This document shows positions 38,361-50,989 of a DNA stretch of 64,000 nucleotides, piece after piece. The DNA is from Mobula hypostoma (Eukaryota). Position numbers and translations under genes: made by a program. Position 1 is the stretch's first letter; every line of letters begins with the position of its first letter. Where the stretch lies: NCBI RefSeq assembly GCF_963921235.1, contig NC_086125.1, positions 14,384,001 to 14,448,000 on the forward strand, in the 5' to 3' direction. Under the pieces are notes generated by a model. The model saw only the letters and a list, made by a program, of their open reading frames with translations, did no database searches and was not told the origin of the DNA.

Positions 38361-39029
38361 TCTTATCTCTCTGAACTGCACTCTCCCTACAGCTTTTTCC
38401 ATTTAATTCTTCATTCTCGATACACTGTGTAATGATTTGATCTGCATGAACAGTATGCAAGACAAACTTTTCACTGTCACTTTGTACGTGTGACAATTAT
38501 AAACCAATTCCAGTTCCACTTAGGAGTAAGAGTTCCCATTCAGCCCCTCAAATTATACCACACTCTGTATCCCAGGCCATCTACCTGCCTTCGTTCCTTA
38601 TGTTTTAACCACCAAAAGCCCATCAGTATGTGACTGGATTTAAGTGAAGATCATCAGCCCACTCAGCTCCTCCGGACACTGAACAGGGAATTTTGTGGTC
38701 TGCATGAGCTTGTACTGTGTAAGCCACTGGTTCCACAATTTTCAAATTGTTTCCCATTTGATACTTCAATAAAGCGTGGCCAATCTGCAAGATAGTTCCT
38801 CCCCAAAGCTGACGTAACAAATGACTCTGCCGTTGTAAAGATTGCATAACTGACAACCATGTCCACAATTGTTTACTTCACAGGTTTCATCAGAAGTCGT
38901 GGAGCATTACTACTTCTTTGTAAGTTAGTATCTAGTCTGACAACTTCAATATCCAAGAAACTGACAATGGTTAGAGCAATTAAGCATCTCTGACGATGAT
39001 AGGTTGACATGCCAATACAGAGGACTCAC

Positions 39030-39105
39030 CGGACTCTCCTCCTCTGGAGAATGTTCTGGAGAAGTTAAGCTGCTGTCTGGTTCTGTCATGAAAAGGTCCA
39101 CCGTG
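39030..39105 (-). CDS. GMIP: GMIP coding exon 3
   Basis: ctcttcctcttccag|C ACG GTG...CCG|gtgagt; 76 nt, phase 2 to 0. TVDLFMTEPDSSLTSPEHSPEEESP, similar to the family motif TVSEFLMGEVDSS; frame fits both neighbours. Confidence 0.85.
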
Positions 39106-40024
39106 CTGGAAGAGGAAGAGGAGGAGACGGTTAAATTGACAGTAGATTAAAAAAACCATCCACTTTTTCTGATAATGTTTTCTTGATTTGGGAGGAAGTC
39201 AGCAGGGGGTGGCGATGGAATTCAAGGCTCATCATCAAAACTAAAGCCTCCTTTCCATCTGTTGACTGCTTTGGGGTATGGGCTTTCACTACTCTGTGTG
39301 CAGGGCATGTTTCTACAATACCCTTTTGAAGATGGGATTGATTATTTAATAAAGACTACATTTATTCTAGTTCCACTGAGAATTGGAGGCGTAAGATTTT
39401 CAAGAATCGAAAGCAAGTCTTGCCAAAATTTTCATCAGGGAAAGAAACATTATTCTGGGCCTGCACTGAGCGGAGATGCTGTGCCCATTACACCTCAAGC
39501 TTCGTGAAACAGTTGGCTGATATTGCACATGGTGAGGTACAAAGATGGTGATAGACAGAGGTACAGACCCATGCATGACTGAAGATTTGATCTTCTAAGC
39601 TCTTGATTTCTTGCAGTGAACTTCACGCCCTGATCGCTGCCTCTGGCGAGTGAGATCAGTTGACTCAGAGAGCATCAACAGCATTTCATTGTTGTGCAGA
39701 ATAAAAGGGGTTTGGCAGCACTTAAGTGATAGTGAGACTCTGTGAGTGTCACCAAATGGGCCTGTTACCTTCTCAACATGGGACTGAGGGGGTGGGGGGA
39801 AGATGATCTCTATTAGTGTTGTGCAGTTATAAGGCTTCTCACTTAGTTAAACAGCAGGAAACACCTGATATGTGTGTGATTTGCTCCTTTAGATATCAGA
39901 GGCACACACTGATGTGCCTTGTGACAATAGTGCTCTGTCACACAGACCGGACTGGACCTGTCTGCACCATGTGGGAGGACAGCATAGAAAGCATGGGATT
40001 TAACAAAGCTTCAATTCTACTCAC

Positions 40025-40118
40025 GAGTTGCTAAAGGAAATCTCAAATGCATCCAGCTCCCGGAATATTTCACTGAAACGTCTTGGCTTTTCTTTGCTTT
40101 GGTCCTGAGCACTTAAAC
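40025..40118 (-). CDS. GMIP: GMIP coding exon (likely exon 2), N-terminal helical region
   Basis: ttcttcacacag|GT...TC|gtgagt; 94 nt, phase 1 to 2. Translates (G)LSAQDQSKEKPRRFSEIFRELDAFEISFSN(S), resembling human GMIP GRKRYSDIFRSLDNLEISLGN as I recall it. Confidence 0.9.
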
Positions 40119-42228
40119 CTGTGTGAAGAACGGAGTTTATAAAACAGAGGTACGAAGATTCCTCTTTCTCAAGGCTCTGCTGCTTCCCTTATCCTCAGTC
40201 AGGAGCACTGGCTACTGGATTCCAACTGTCCTGCCCATCCCCTTTAGAATGGAACCATCTCCAAGTGTTGTGCAAGGATTGCCAGTGTGTGGGTGAGTGA
40301 AATGATAGGACCGTGGGGAAAAACAAAACGTGTAGGATTAATGTAAATTAGTGCTTGGTGGTCAGCCTGGTCTCCGTGCGATGGAGGGCTCACAACTTGT
40401 TTCCCCCGTCTAAATCTGTATCATCAGCAAGCAGGCCGTGTTCTTAACTGCCCTTGGACAGATGGTAGTTGACCCTGGTGTCACTCTGAGCTCTCCGGTC
40501 CCTTTAATCCTCATTCCTTCCCTTTCGTCAGTCGAAGCTGCTCAGACAACTGAAATCTCCAGAATTCAAGTCAATGCACACCCTTCAAGAACAGATGAAT
40601 AGGCTTTCAGATGGCAACTGCTCTACGCAAGACTGCAAGAAATTGCAGAGGTGTGGACGAAGTCCAGTCCGTTTCACGAACCAGCCTTCCCTCCATCGTC
40701 TCTGGTGCCTCTTGAAAGCAGCAACCCCTTTCATATCCTCCCCTCTTTCCATCAAGAAGAACAAACGGAAGACCAGGCTCAACAGCAGCTTCTACTGCAC
40801 TGTGAAAGGAGCCTTGAATGGACCACTCCTACTATCGGGGTGAACTCCTGATCTCCCAGCTCATCTCATTATGGCCCTTGCACCTTATCTGTCCACGGGC
40901 AGTGCACCTTCTCTGTATTCTGCTTTGCTTGCCTTTTTGTACCACCTCCCTCTACTTACGCATGGAATTATCTGTCTGCAGGGCATGCAACCAAAAGCTT
41001 TTCACTGTATCTCGGTACATATGATAATAATGAACCAATAACAATCGTTAAAAGCCACAATTATTATTTTGCTGTCCAATTGCCAAAATGACAGCAGATT
41101 AACAAAATGGACTTTGGATTTTTTTTTCTGTCGGACAATTCTTATGTTCCCTTTAGTAGGATATTGCTCGTAGTCAAACACTTCTCCTTATTCCTATTCC
41201 AACCATTTTGGAATCAGCTTAATAACAAACCTACTAACTCACAAAACCATCGTTCTGAACCTAATCATCTTCTCTTCCTCCATCCGATCATACTTCAATT
41301 GTTTTTTGAAACCTTTTATACTCTACTTTCCAAATGTTACTCTGTTAAAAGAAAGTTACCTTACCACTGATTACATATTGAATTACCAAATGCTACACCA
41401 ACATTTGATACCTTATCATGTCAGTTTACAATCCATTAATTCAACAGCAGGGTTTAACATTCAAAATATAAAATTAAGTTACAGAGAATAAACTTTTGAC
41501 CACAATGTTCCCCAAGACCAGTTTCAAGTTCTCCCTAAATGTGGCCTGTTTGGACTGTGTAAGGGCAAATCGCTTAACTCAAGCTGGAAATTTTCTAATT
41601 AGTCCCTCCAACCTGCTTCACGTTTCCTGAAAGGTTATAGTACTCAGTGATTTTTGTGACAAATAAAGCAATGCTATCTTAGAGAAATCATCAAGAAGTA
41701 ATTGGTTTTGAGAAACGAAGTAATTCCGATAAATGCAGCACTTCAAATTCATCGCTAAAACTCATTAAAACAAAATAATACCTGCTGTCCAAATGTGTGG
41801 ATGAATTAATCAATATGGACAAAGGTTTTGTCACTTTAAGTGCACATTCATATCATTTACAAATATTTGGCACAGTAGAACCATTTAATTCAAAACATAG
41901 AATAAACCCCAATCCATAGGCCAATGGTTTTCAAACTGAGCTCCTAAATTGACAACAGATGGTCTTTCAATTAAAATATTTAGTTGTGCCTTCCATAATT
42001 CTAACACACATACTTAAGGACAGCTTACACACACCTTTAAGTTGGAATTAAATATATACATTTAAATTTTTCATCATGTCCTAATTCTACTTTTGGTCTT
42101 ACCCTTTTTGTTGCAATATCATTTTCACAAATCTTCCAATTCTGCCCTCTTATATATGAACTGACCCACCAGTGACAACGACGTGGCCCACTATCGTATA
42201 CAGTACTTTGGTTACAGTTATGTATGAA

Positions 42229-42272
42229 GGAATATTTCACTGAAATGTCTTGGCTTTTCGTTGCTTTGGTCC
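42229..42272 (-). pseudogene. 44-bp duplicated fragment of GMIP exon 2
   Basis: 42/44 identical to 40062-40105. Confidence 0.9.
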
Positions 42273-42344
42273 ACTGAATGGATGAGGTGCAAGGAGCCAG
42301 ATAGTGGCCAGGGTAAATTGGGTTGGTTTAGATTGTTGGGTCTC

Positions 42345-42645
42345 AACCTCCCTCTGCCCGCTCCCTGACAGTCTCACCCTCTGTCTGCTCCCTGACCGTC
42401 TCGCCCTGTGTCTGCTCCCCGATCGTCTCGCCCTGTGTCTGCTCCCCAACTGTCTCACCCTCCCTCTGCCCGCTCCACGACCGTCTCACCCTCCCTCCGC
42501 CTGCTCCCTGACTGTCTCACCCTCCGCCCGCTCCCCGACCATGTCTCCCTCCCTCTGCCCGCTCCCCGACTGTCTCACCCTCTGCCCGCTCCCCGACCCT
42601 CACCCTCCCTCTGCCCGCTCTCCGACCATGTCTCCCTCCCTTTGG
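42345..42645. repeat. C-rich minisatellite, about 27-bp unit
   Basis: Repeats of ccctctgcccgctccccgactgtctca. Confidence 0.88.
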
Positions 42646-44149
42646 CCACTCTCCCCCTACTTCCACCTCTTCCCCTCACCCTCTCCATAGCTCCTGTCTC
42701 TTTCCATCCACAACCTGATTACCGCCTGCTGCTGAGACAGAGGAGGGAAGTGGTGGGGTCTGTAGTCTGGTGCTTGAAGGGAAGGGTACAATGTTAAGAA
42801 CAAGAGAATGTTGTGCAACTCTTTATTACTCACATTCTTCCATCCTCATCCCAGGGAGGCAAGGCTTTGACCTGATCTCCGCTGCCTAGTGTGCCACTAA
42901 GGGAGTCCTGCCTAGCCAGAGACACCAAGTTTTTGGAGAAAACTTTAAACCGTACCCTGCAGTCGGTTCAGTTGGGGATTAGAGCACTCAGTCACTTCAC
43001 AGCTGATATTTCCCAACATTAAATTTCGTTAAGGAAATGCACTCATGATTCTATCATTTATTATCTAGTGCCTTTATGCTAGCTCGGATTTCTGACAGGT
43101 TGTAGCACAAATATTTTCCAAACTGCAAGACTGCAGGAAAAATCCAATAAGCAGAACAGTCCACAAATCAGTAACTGCAACAATTTGCAGGTCATTAACT
43201 TACAAATGTCGCACCATCCAGAGTTTGCTATCTGCAGTAGAAGTGTACCAAATGTTGGCAGATAAACTTTGATGGACAAGGCAGCCTTCCCCTGCCCTTT
43301 GTCAGACCCCAGCAAGTCCCACAAGCTCTGAATCATTACCAATGGTTCCCGTCTCCAGCAAGAAGCTAATGCTGAACTACGGAACAAAGTTTCAGGCTCA
43401 GCACAGCTTCCTGCAAGACGTAGACTGTCACTGACCACAAAGCGGATGAGACTTTAGTGTTGGGAGGAAGGAGGGGAGAAAATGGCCTGCAAAACACTGC
43501 CTGCTTTCCATTTGTAGTGTAGTGACAGATCAGCTGTAGGAAAGCCAAATCGATCAATCCAAGTTATTAAGATGACTTGATAGTTGTTGGATTCAAGTGT
43601 CAGGAATATCCTACCCACCTGTCACACACCCACACCCCTGTCAAAACCACAGTCGTCTCAGAGCTCTGCTGATTGGGAAACAGACAGACCCAGTCAAACA
43701 CACTCATAAACAGCGACCTACATAAAACCTTCACTTCCGCTATGCTTTAGATCCGAAACACACAGACGGGTCAGCACCAGAGAAGCAGAGAACAAGGCAA
43801 AACTCGATAAAAATGCTTTGCATGCACTTCTTGTTTTCATCTTTTACCCATGCATTTCTCTCTCTGGCAACTTGGTAACAAAGGGGCAAATTTTATGATG
43901 GGACATGCAACTTGGAAGAGAAATGCATTAAAAAGTTTGTGTGGTGTCAATTCTTCTTTCAATGTCAAAGGTAAAGGGTGGGGAAAGAATGAGAAGGGAA
44001 GCAATGTTCAAAATGTCCAAAATATCTGTGAAATTTAGATTTTTATTCGGCTCACTGCCAGATAGTACAGAGAAACATGCAATAGTCTTCTGGCTTAATG
44101 CCAATAAATATTTTTGAAACACACTCTGAAATTATTATGTAAAAAATAA

Positions 44150-46060
44150 AGTTCAAAGTAAATATATTATCAAAGTACATATACGTCACTAAATACAACC
44201 CTGAGATTCATCTTCATGCAGGCATACTTAATAAATCTATAGAATAGTAACCATAATAGAATCAATGAAAGACTGCCGAAACTTGAGTGGTTAACCAGTG
44301 TACAAAAGACAAACTGTGTAAATACAAACATTAATAATCATAATAATAATGATAAATAAATATTAAGAACATGAGATGAGTCCTAGGAAGTGAGTCCATA
44401 GGCTGGTGGGGGAACATTTCAATGATGGGGCAAGTTGAATGAAGTTATCTCCTCTGGTTCAAGAGCCAGATGGTTGAGGGGTAATAACCATTCCTGACTT
44501 GGTGGTGAGGGGCCTGAGGCTCCTGTAACTTCTTTCTGATGGTAGCAGTGAGAACAGAGCACGTTCTGGGAAGCGGGGTACCCGACGATGGAGGCTGCTT
44601 CCCTGCGATAGTGTTTCGTGTAGATGCGATCAATGGTCAGAAGGGCTGTACATGTGATGCACTAGGCCGGATCCACTACTTTTTCTTGGATTTTCCATTC
44701 AAGGACATTGCTGCTTCCACACCTGGCTGTGATGCAGCCAGCCAATATAGTCTCCATTACATATCTATGGAAGGTTGTCACAGTTGTAGATGTCATTCTA
44801 AACCTTTGCAAAATGCTAAGTAGAGGCCCTGCACTGCTTTCTGCGTAATTGTGCTGGGCCCAGAAATAACAATAACGAAGCATTTGAAGTTGCTAACCCT
44901 CTCCACCTCGGATCCTCGTTTGAGGACCCCTGGCTTCTTTTTCCTGAAGTCAACAATCAGCGCCTTGGGTCTTGCTGCCGAAGAGTAAGAATCGTTGTTG
45001 TGGCACCATGCAGCCAGATTTTCAAGTGCCCTCCTATATGCTGATTCATCTCCACTTTCGATTTGGTCTTTGACAAGGGTGTTGCTTGGCCACACAGTCA
45101 TACGCGTAAAGTGAGTAGAGCTGGGGACTAAGCATAACCCCTCATGGTGCACCTGTACTGATGGAGATTGTGGAGGAGATGCTGTCGCCAATCCGAACTG
45201 ACTGGTGTCTGCAAGTGAGGAAGTTGAGGATCCAATTGCACGAGGAGGTATTGAGGCCAATGTCAAGGAGCTTATTGATTACTTTTGAAGGGATGATGGT
45301 ATTGAGAACTGAGCTGTAGTCAATAAAGAGGATCTTGATATATGCATCTTTGCTGTCCAGACGTTCAATAGTTGAGGGAAGAGCTAATGAGATGGCACCT
45401 GCTATGGACTCGTTGCTCCGCTGGGCAAATTGGAGCGGATCCAAATCACTTCTCAACCAGGAGTTGATATGCTTCATTACCAATCTCTCAAAACAGTTCA
45501 TCACTGTGGATGTAACTGCTACTGGATGATAGTGATCGAGGCAAGGCAGCATGTTCTTCTCAGGCACCGGTATAATTGAAACAGGTGGGTACCTCAGACT
45601 GCCGAAGCGAGAGGTTAAACACCTCAGTGAACACTCCAGCCAATTAACCAGCACAGGTTTTCAGTACTTGGCCAAGTACCCATCTGGGCTAGATGCTTTT
45701 CATGGATTCAGCCTCCTGAAGGGTCCTTGCATGTCACCCTCAGATATCGAAATCACAGTATCATCGGGGGCTCTCAGAGTTCGTAATGGTTGCTCCATGT
45801 TTTGACAATCAAAGCAAGCATAGAAGGGATTGATCTCATCTGGAAGTGAAGCCTTGTTATTGGTTCTGTCACTTGATTTAACTTTATAACACATGATAGG
45901 ATTCAATCCCTGCCACAACTGTCGAGCATCCTTCTTTGATTCAGATTGAGTCCAGAATTGCCACTTTGCCAGTGAGATGGCTTTCCGGAGATCGTACCTG
46001 ATCCTCTTGTACCTCTTTTGGTCGGCAGACTTGAATGCCTCCGATCTGGCCCTCAGCAGG
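44150..46060 (-). mobile_element. Rex1/Babar-clade LINE, 3' part with degraded RT
   Basis: ORF 45142-45654 IIPVP...HPVAVTS...CFERLV...LDPLQFA...LFIDYSS..NTIIP...STGAP; 3' tail gtactttgataatatatttactttgaac. Confidence 0.9.
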
Positions 46061-46214
46061 GCCGTTAAATGAATTCGTTAAAGTAGTTCCGGTGAAGCCA
46101 GAAAGTCGTTATCAAAAGACTAGCAGCATGGTGGTGTAGCTTGGTAGAGCACTTGCCTCACAAAGCCAGAGACAATTTCGAATCTGACCTCAGGTGTTGT
46201 CTCTGCGGAGTCAG

Positions 46215-47655
46215 AATGAGAATCAGGTTTGATATCACCGGCATATGTAGCGAAATTTGTCAACTTTGCGACAGCAATACAGTCCAATACATAATAACAG
46301 AGAAAAACTGAATCATAGTATGAACATACATGTTAAATAGTTAAATTAAATAAGTAATGCAAAAAAAGTAGTGGGGTAGTGTTCATGGGTTCACTGTCCA
46401 TTTAGAAATCAGATGGTAGAGGGGAAGAGTCCGTTCCTGAATCGTTGAGTGTGTGCCTTCAGGCTTCTGTACCTCCTTCCTGATGGTAGCAATGAGAAGA
46501 GGGCATGACCTGGGTGATGGGGGTCCTTCATGATGGATGCTGCCCTTTTGAGGCATCGCTCCTTGAAGATGTCCTGCATACTATGGAAACCAGTGTCCTT
46601 GATGGAGCTGACTAATTTTCCTCTCTGCAGCTTACTTCGATCCAGTGCAGTTGCCCACCCCCACACCAGATGGTGATGCAGCCAGTTAGAATGTTCTCCA
46701 TGGTATACCAGTAGAAATGTGAGAGTGCTTTTGGTGACATACTAAATCTCGTCAAACGCCTAATGAAATATAGCACTGTCTTGCATTCTTTGCCGTTGCA
46801 TCGATATTTTGGGTCCAGGTTAGGTCCTCAGATATCTTGGCACCCAGGAACATGAAACTGCTCACTCTGAGGAGGGGGGAGCAGCGTGCGGCCGCTCCGA
46901 AATGATATTGGTATTTGTTAAGTAGGGGCCGTGCACAATCCTGATTTGATGGAGACGGACGTGAGAAGCACGGAGGAACATCTGAATGCCCGCTTCGCTG
47001 CTGCTGCTACTGTGCGATTGAGAATCTCCGGAGGGGAAGACTCCAAATCCTCGGCTTTGCCTATTGCCTGTTGCCGGGGCCGGGGTCGAAGCGCTCGGCA
47101 GAGATGGTTCTCGGTGCCTGGTGTTGGAGGGTTGGTCGGAGGCTCGAAGTTTTCGGATGGACTCAAGAGTCGGCTGTGGTCGGGTGCTTCCAGGGTGCTG
47201 CATCGGCAAATTTGCGGCGCTGGAAGCTCATGGCAGGGAGAGTTTCTCCCTTCTACCGTCTGCGTGAGATGATGGGACTTTTTTTTTACCGTGCCCATTG
47301 TCTGTTCTTTATCAAATTACGGTATTGCTTTGCACTGTTGTAACTATATGTTATAATTATGTGGTTTTTGTCAGATTTTTAGTCTTGGTTTGTCTTGTGT
47401 TTCTATGATATCATTCTGGAGGAACATTGTATCATTTCTTAATGCATGCATTACTAAATGACAATAAAAGAGGACTGCGTGTCCTCATAATCTAATCTCT
47501 CCACTTCTGATCCCTCTATGAGGACTGGTGTGTGTTCCCTCATCTTACACTTTCTGAAGCCCACAATCAATTCTTTGGTCTTACTGATGTTGTGCTGTGA
47601 TGTTGTTGCTGCGACACACTCAACTAGCTGGTACATCTCACTCTTGTATGCCTTC
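46215..47655 (-). mobile_element. Rex1-like LINE fragment interrupted by a plus-strand non-autonomous element
   Basis: ORF 46409-46666 KRAASIMKDPHHPGHALFSLLPSGRRYRSLK; resumes near 47497. Confidence 0.8.
46869..47496 (+). mobile_element. Non-autonomous GC-rich retroelement with LINE-like tail
   Basis: Ends gcatgcattactaaatgacaataaaagaggactgcgtgtcctcataatctaat; homologous to 24530-25033. Confidence 0.75.
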
Positions 47656-48558
47656 CCTGGATGCCCTGGTTTCCTGCAATATCTCAAAGACATGCCGGTT
47701 GGTAGGTTGATTGTCCACTATAAACCGTCCCTAGTGTGTAGGTGAGTGTTGATTCAGCAGGGTTAGTAAGAGTGTGGAGAATTAAACAGGATAAACACAG
47801 GATAGTATGGACCCATTGGGATGAAGGGCCTGTTTTCCTGCTGTACGTCTGGGAGTCTAATATTTCCCAGAGAAATAAAAAAAAATTACCTACATCTCTG
47901 GACCAAATAGATAGATTGACCACTGCAACCCACTTCCAAGTCACCAGGGATCTCACATCAGACATTAACCCTCACTGGAAATTACATTGAGGTATTTGCT
48001 AAGAACAGCATTTGGATTAACCCAGCTGATTTTCCAAGGATGAGGTAGTGGAGGACAGTCAGAGCCTTTGGAACCTCCACAAACCAAGTAACAGAAGTGA
48101 AACATGAATCAGCTATAGGTCTATAGAAAGAGTCAGGCAAAGAACTGTACAGAAATCAATTTCATTTGAAGGATAACAAATGCTCCAACTGGACAACTCA
48201 TCAGTGCTCATCAATCATTTGATCCTAGTTATGTTCAATTACAGTCCTTGACTTTCAGCAATAATTTTGCATTTGCCCTTTAGACTCTGGCAGCCATTGC
48301 ACCATTCAATGTGATCATGGCTGATTGGTGTGTCAGCCTCACTTACTGTAGCTTAAGCTTTTTAAATTAAATCTTCCCCTCTTTTTATAATCACTCTGTG
48401 CTAAAAAGTGACAGAGATCTGGGGAACTACTACTGTGGAAAGTGGAGTAACGAATATATAAGACAAGCAACTATTTTTAAACAGAAGTCCATACTATCTT
48501 CACAACTTCTAATTGCCTTCATAACGCCACATCTGAAAAGGCAGCCCATGCTCTTGAA

Positions 48559-48780
48559 CAACAGGAATTCTGCAGATGCTGGAAATTCAAGCAACATACA
48601 TCAAAGTTGCTGGTGAATGCAGCAGGCCAGGCAGCATCTATAGGAAGAGGTGCAGTCGACGTTTCAGGCCGAGACCCTTCGTCAGGACTGACGAAGGGTC
48701 TCGGCCTGAAACGTCGACTGCAGCTCTTCCTATAGATGCTGCCTGGCCTGCTGCGTTCACTAGCAACTTTGATGTATGTT
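48559..48780 (-). mobile_element. Fold-back PLE terminal insertion (93-bp inverted arms)
   Basis: Arms 48593-48685 and 48688-48780 with 3 mismatches; 13-bp TSD ccatgctcttgaa at 48546-48558 and 48781-48793. Confidence 0.9.
48653..48690 (-). ncRNA. Minimal type I hammerhead ribozyme, intact, sense to GMIP
   Basis: Reverse complement CAGTC-CTGACGA-AGGGTCTCGGCCT-GAAA-CG-TC^GACTG with 5-bp helix I. Confidence 0.85.
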
Positions 48781-49371
48781 CCATGCTCTTGAAAATGGCT
48801 CACTTCACCCTGAAGATGTCAGTACTGATCAGTTCCTTCCACATACCTCATCAGCTTTCCTTCTTCAACATGCCTGGGGTTAGCTCAGTGAGGAACTACA
48901 GTTCACTTGGGTAACCCGAGGTCAGATACAAGAAACCCAAGTGCCAGGTTTCAGCAATATTATTTACAGTTTCTACAATCTTTTGATTCATTACAGTTTG
49001 TATGAATAACTCAGTAGCGATTAACCCATTCATCTATCATTCTATACCCAATAAAATCTGGTCAAAGGGAAGAGATAAGTTTGGGCTCATTGTGGTTTGA
49101 TGATTTACCATGGGACAAAAACTAAGCACAATTTGGCCAGTGCTTCCTCCCTTAAACCACAGAAACTGATCCAGTGAGGGTCAACTGATGAAGGGCAGTG
49201 AAAATAATTTTTTGTGTTCAGTTGAACCAAGAGGCACAAAGGAATCAAACAGGTAGAGGGCCTCCAATTACCTCCCTCTCCTTCAGGGCCAGTAATTAGC
49301 CCTGCATGGCTCTGACCCGAGGCTCCTTGATCACCTCTTCCCAGAACAAATGAAAGGAGAAGCACCCACGA

Positions 49372-49675
49372 CTGTTTATTTATCTTATTGAGAGATACAG
49401 CTTTGAGCATACCCTTCTAGCCCAAGGAGCTGCACCACCCAGCAACCCACCTTTTTAACCCCGGCCTAATCACAGGACGGTTTACAATGACCAATTAGCC
49501 TACTAACCGGTACGTCTTTGAACTGCGGGAGGAAACCGGAGTATCCGGAGGAAACCCAGGCATTCCACGGGGAGGCATACAAACTCCTCACAGAGGATGT
49601 GAGACTTAACTCCGGACTCCAGAACACTCTGAGCTGTAATAGCGTCGCGCTAACCGCTACGACACAGTGCGCCCC
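49372..49675 (-). mobile_element. HE1/V-SINE (other copies about 33425-33712, 37270-37550, 6415-6550, 54130-54270)
   Basis: Reverse-complement V-domain gggaggaaaccggagtatccggaggaaaccca...acaaactcc. Confidence 0.82.
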
Positions 49676-50955
49676 ACGTCTGTCATGTGTCTGCACAACC
49701 TGAGAATCTGGGATCACAGCTCCGAATCTCTTTAATCAGTGTTCTCATTAGTCATTACCAATTAATTTCTGGCTGTGCCAAGAGACTTCCTGACCCTGGT
49801 ATTTATAACAGCCGGAGGTAAATACACACCTGCTCGAGCTGCTCCCTCCAACATACCAGATCACATTCCATTCATTCCTAGCCCTCACAGACCACACACG
49901 CTCCTTAAGTCAGTCCCCATTCTTCCACTCCTCCTTTCACGTGAAGGGGCCGAGACCACCGGCAGTTTGGGTGAAGGGAGGTGGTGCACTGGAGAGGAAA
50001 TTATAGCCAGGAAATTTTAGTTGCACTCACCGCAAGGGTCAAAGTGCAGAGCGCAGGACGAGGGAATCTGCCTGCTTTCGTTCACCAAGTATCCCACCAA
50101 TGCTTAGGATTTGCAGTCTCGCAAAACGTTAGTGTTTGGTGCGATACTTGAAAGCTCCCAGATTCAAGTTGCCCCACATTTAACCTTTCCCTCTCACAGC
50201 CTCTAAAGTAATCACTCTGGAGGTAGAAGAGGTTACTGCAGTTTACACATTCTCCTTCTGATTGTATAACCTCAGCAGCCTCTTTGAAAATGCCACCTAC
50301 ATTTTAAGAAACAGAGCCATTTGGCCCATTGAGTCTATGCCAACATCAATAACCCATCAAACTACACGAAAGGGCACCTAATATTTTACCTGGGTAGTCT
50401 ACACTTGAACAGCACAAACACTGAATTCTCCAGCCTCTGGTAAAACAGCTTCCCGTCTGGCCCTCTTCTCTTGATCTCTACAGTTATCGTATTCCCACAC
50501 TCACCTCAGTCTCGGATCAGCCTCTTTCTTTCCCCTCCTCCACCCACTCCATCTGCCCATCACCCAAACCCTCCTCCCACTGTTCTATCAGGCCTCCCCT
50601 TGCACCCCCTCACTTGACACCATGTCTCCACCATCCTTCTCCTGTCAGATTCCATCTTCTGCAGCCCTGTCACCTCCACCTATCACATCTCAGTCCGAAA
50701 CCATCTCCACTCTCCCCTCCTGCATCTGCCAATCACCCTTTCTCACCTGGATCCACCTCTAACTCCCCTCTATCTTTCAGTCCAAGTAAAAGGCCTGAGT
50801 CCAAAATATTAGCTAACTCCCTCCACAGGTGGACCCTGATTTGCTGAATTCTTCCAGCAACCTCCTCCCACTTTCACTAACCCTATATTAATCCTATTTT
50901 TTTCTCTCCTTACATTCCCAAAGTCCCCCCCCCACCCCCACAGGATTCTACTCAC

Positions 50956-50989
50956 CTTCATAACTAGTCACTGAGAATCCAGAGACCAT
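50956..50989 (-). CDS. GMIP: Candidate short first coding exon of GMIP (MVSGFSVTSYE-G)
   Basis: ATG at 50989, strong donor AAG|gtgagt, phase 1 matching exon 2. CpG-containing non-repeat sequence lies upstream. Human GMIP also has a very short first coding exon. No homology support. Confidence 0.5.

Noticed and set aside
159-40118. Calling the gene ARHGAP29 or ARHGAP45/HMHA1
   Set aside because: Diagnostic motifs (QYIYT, FKEQW, RRRS, CVREAN, RFSEIFRELD..EIS) fit GMIP better from memory; phylogeny is still needed.
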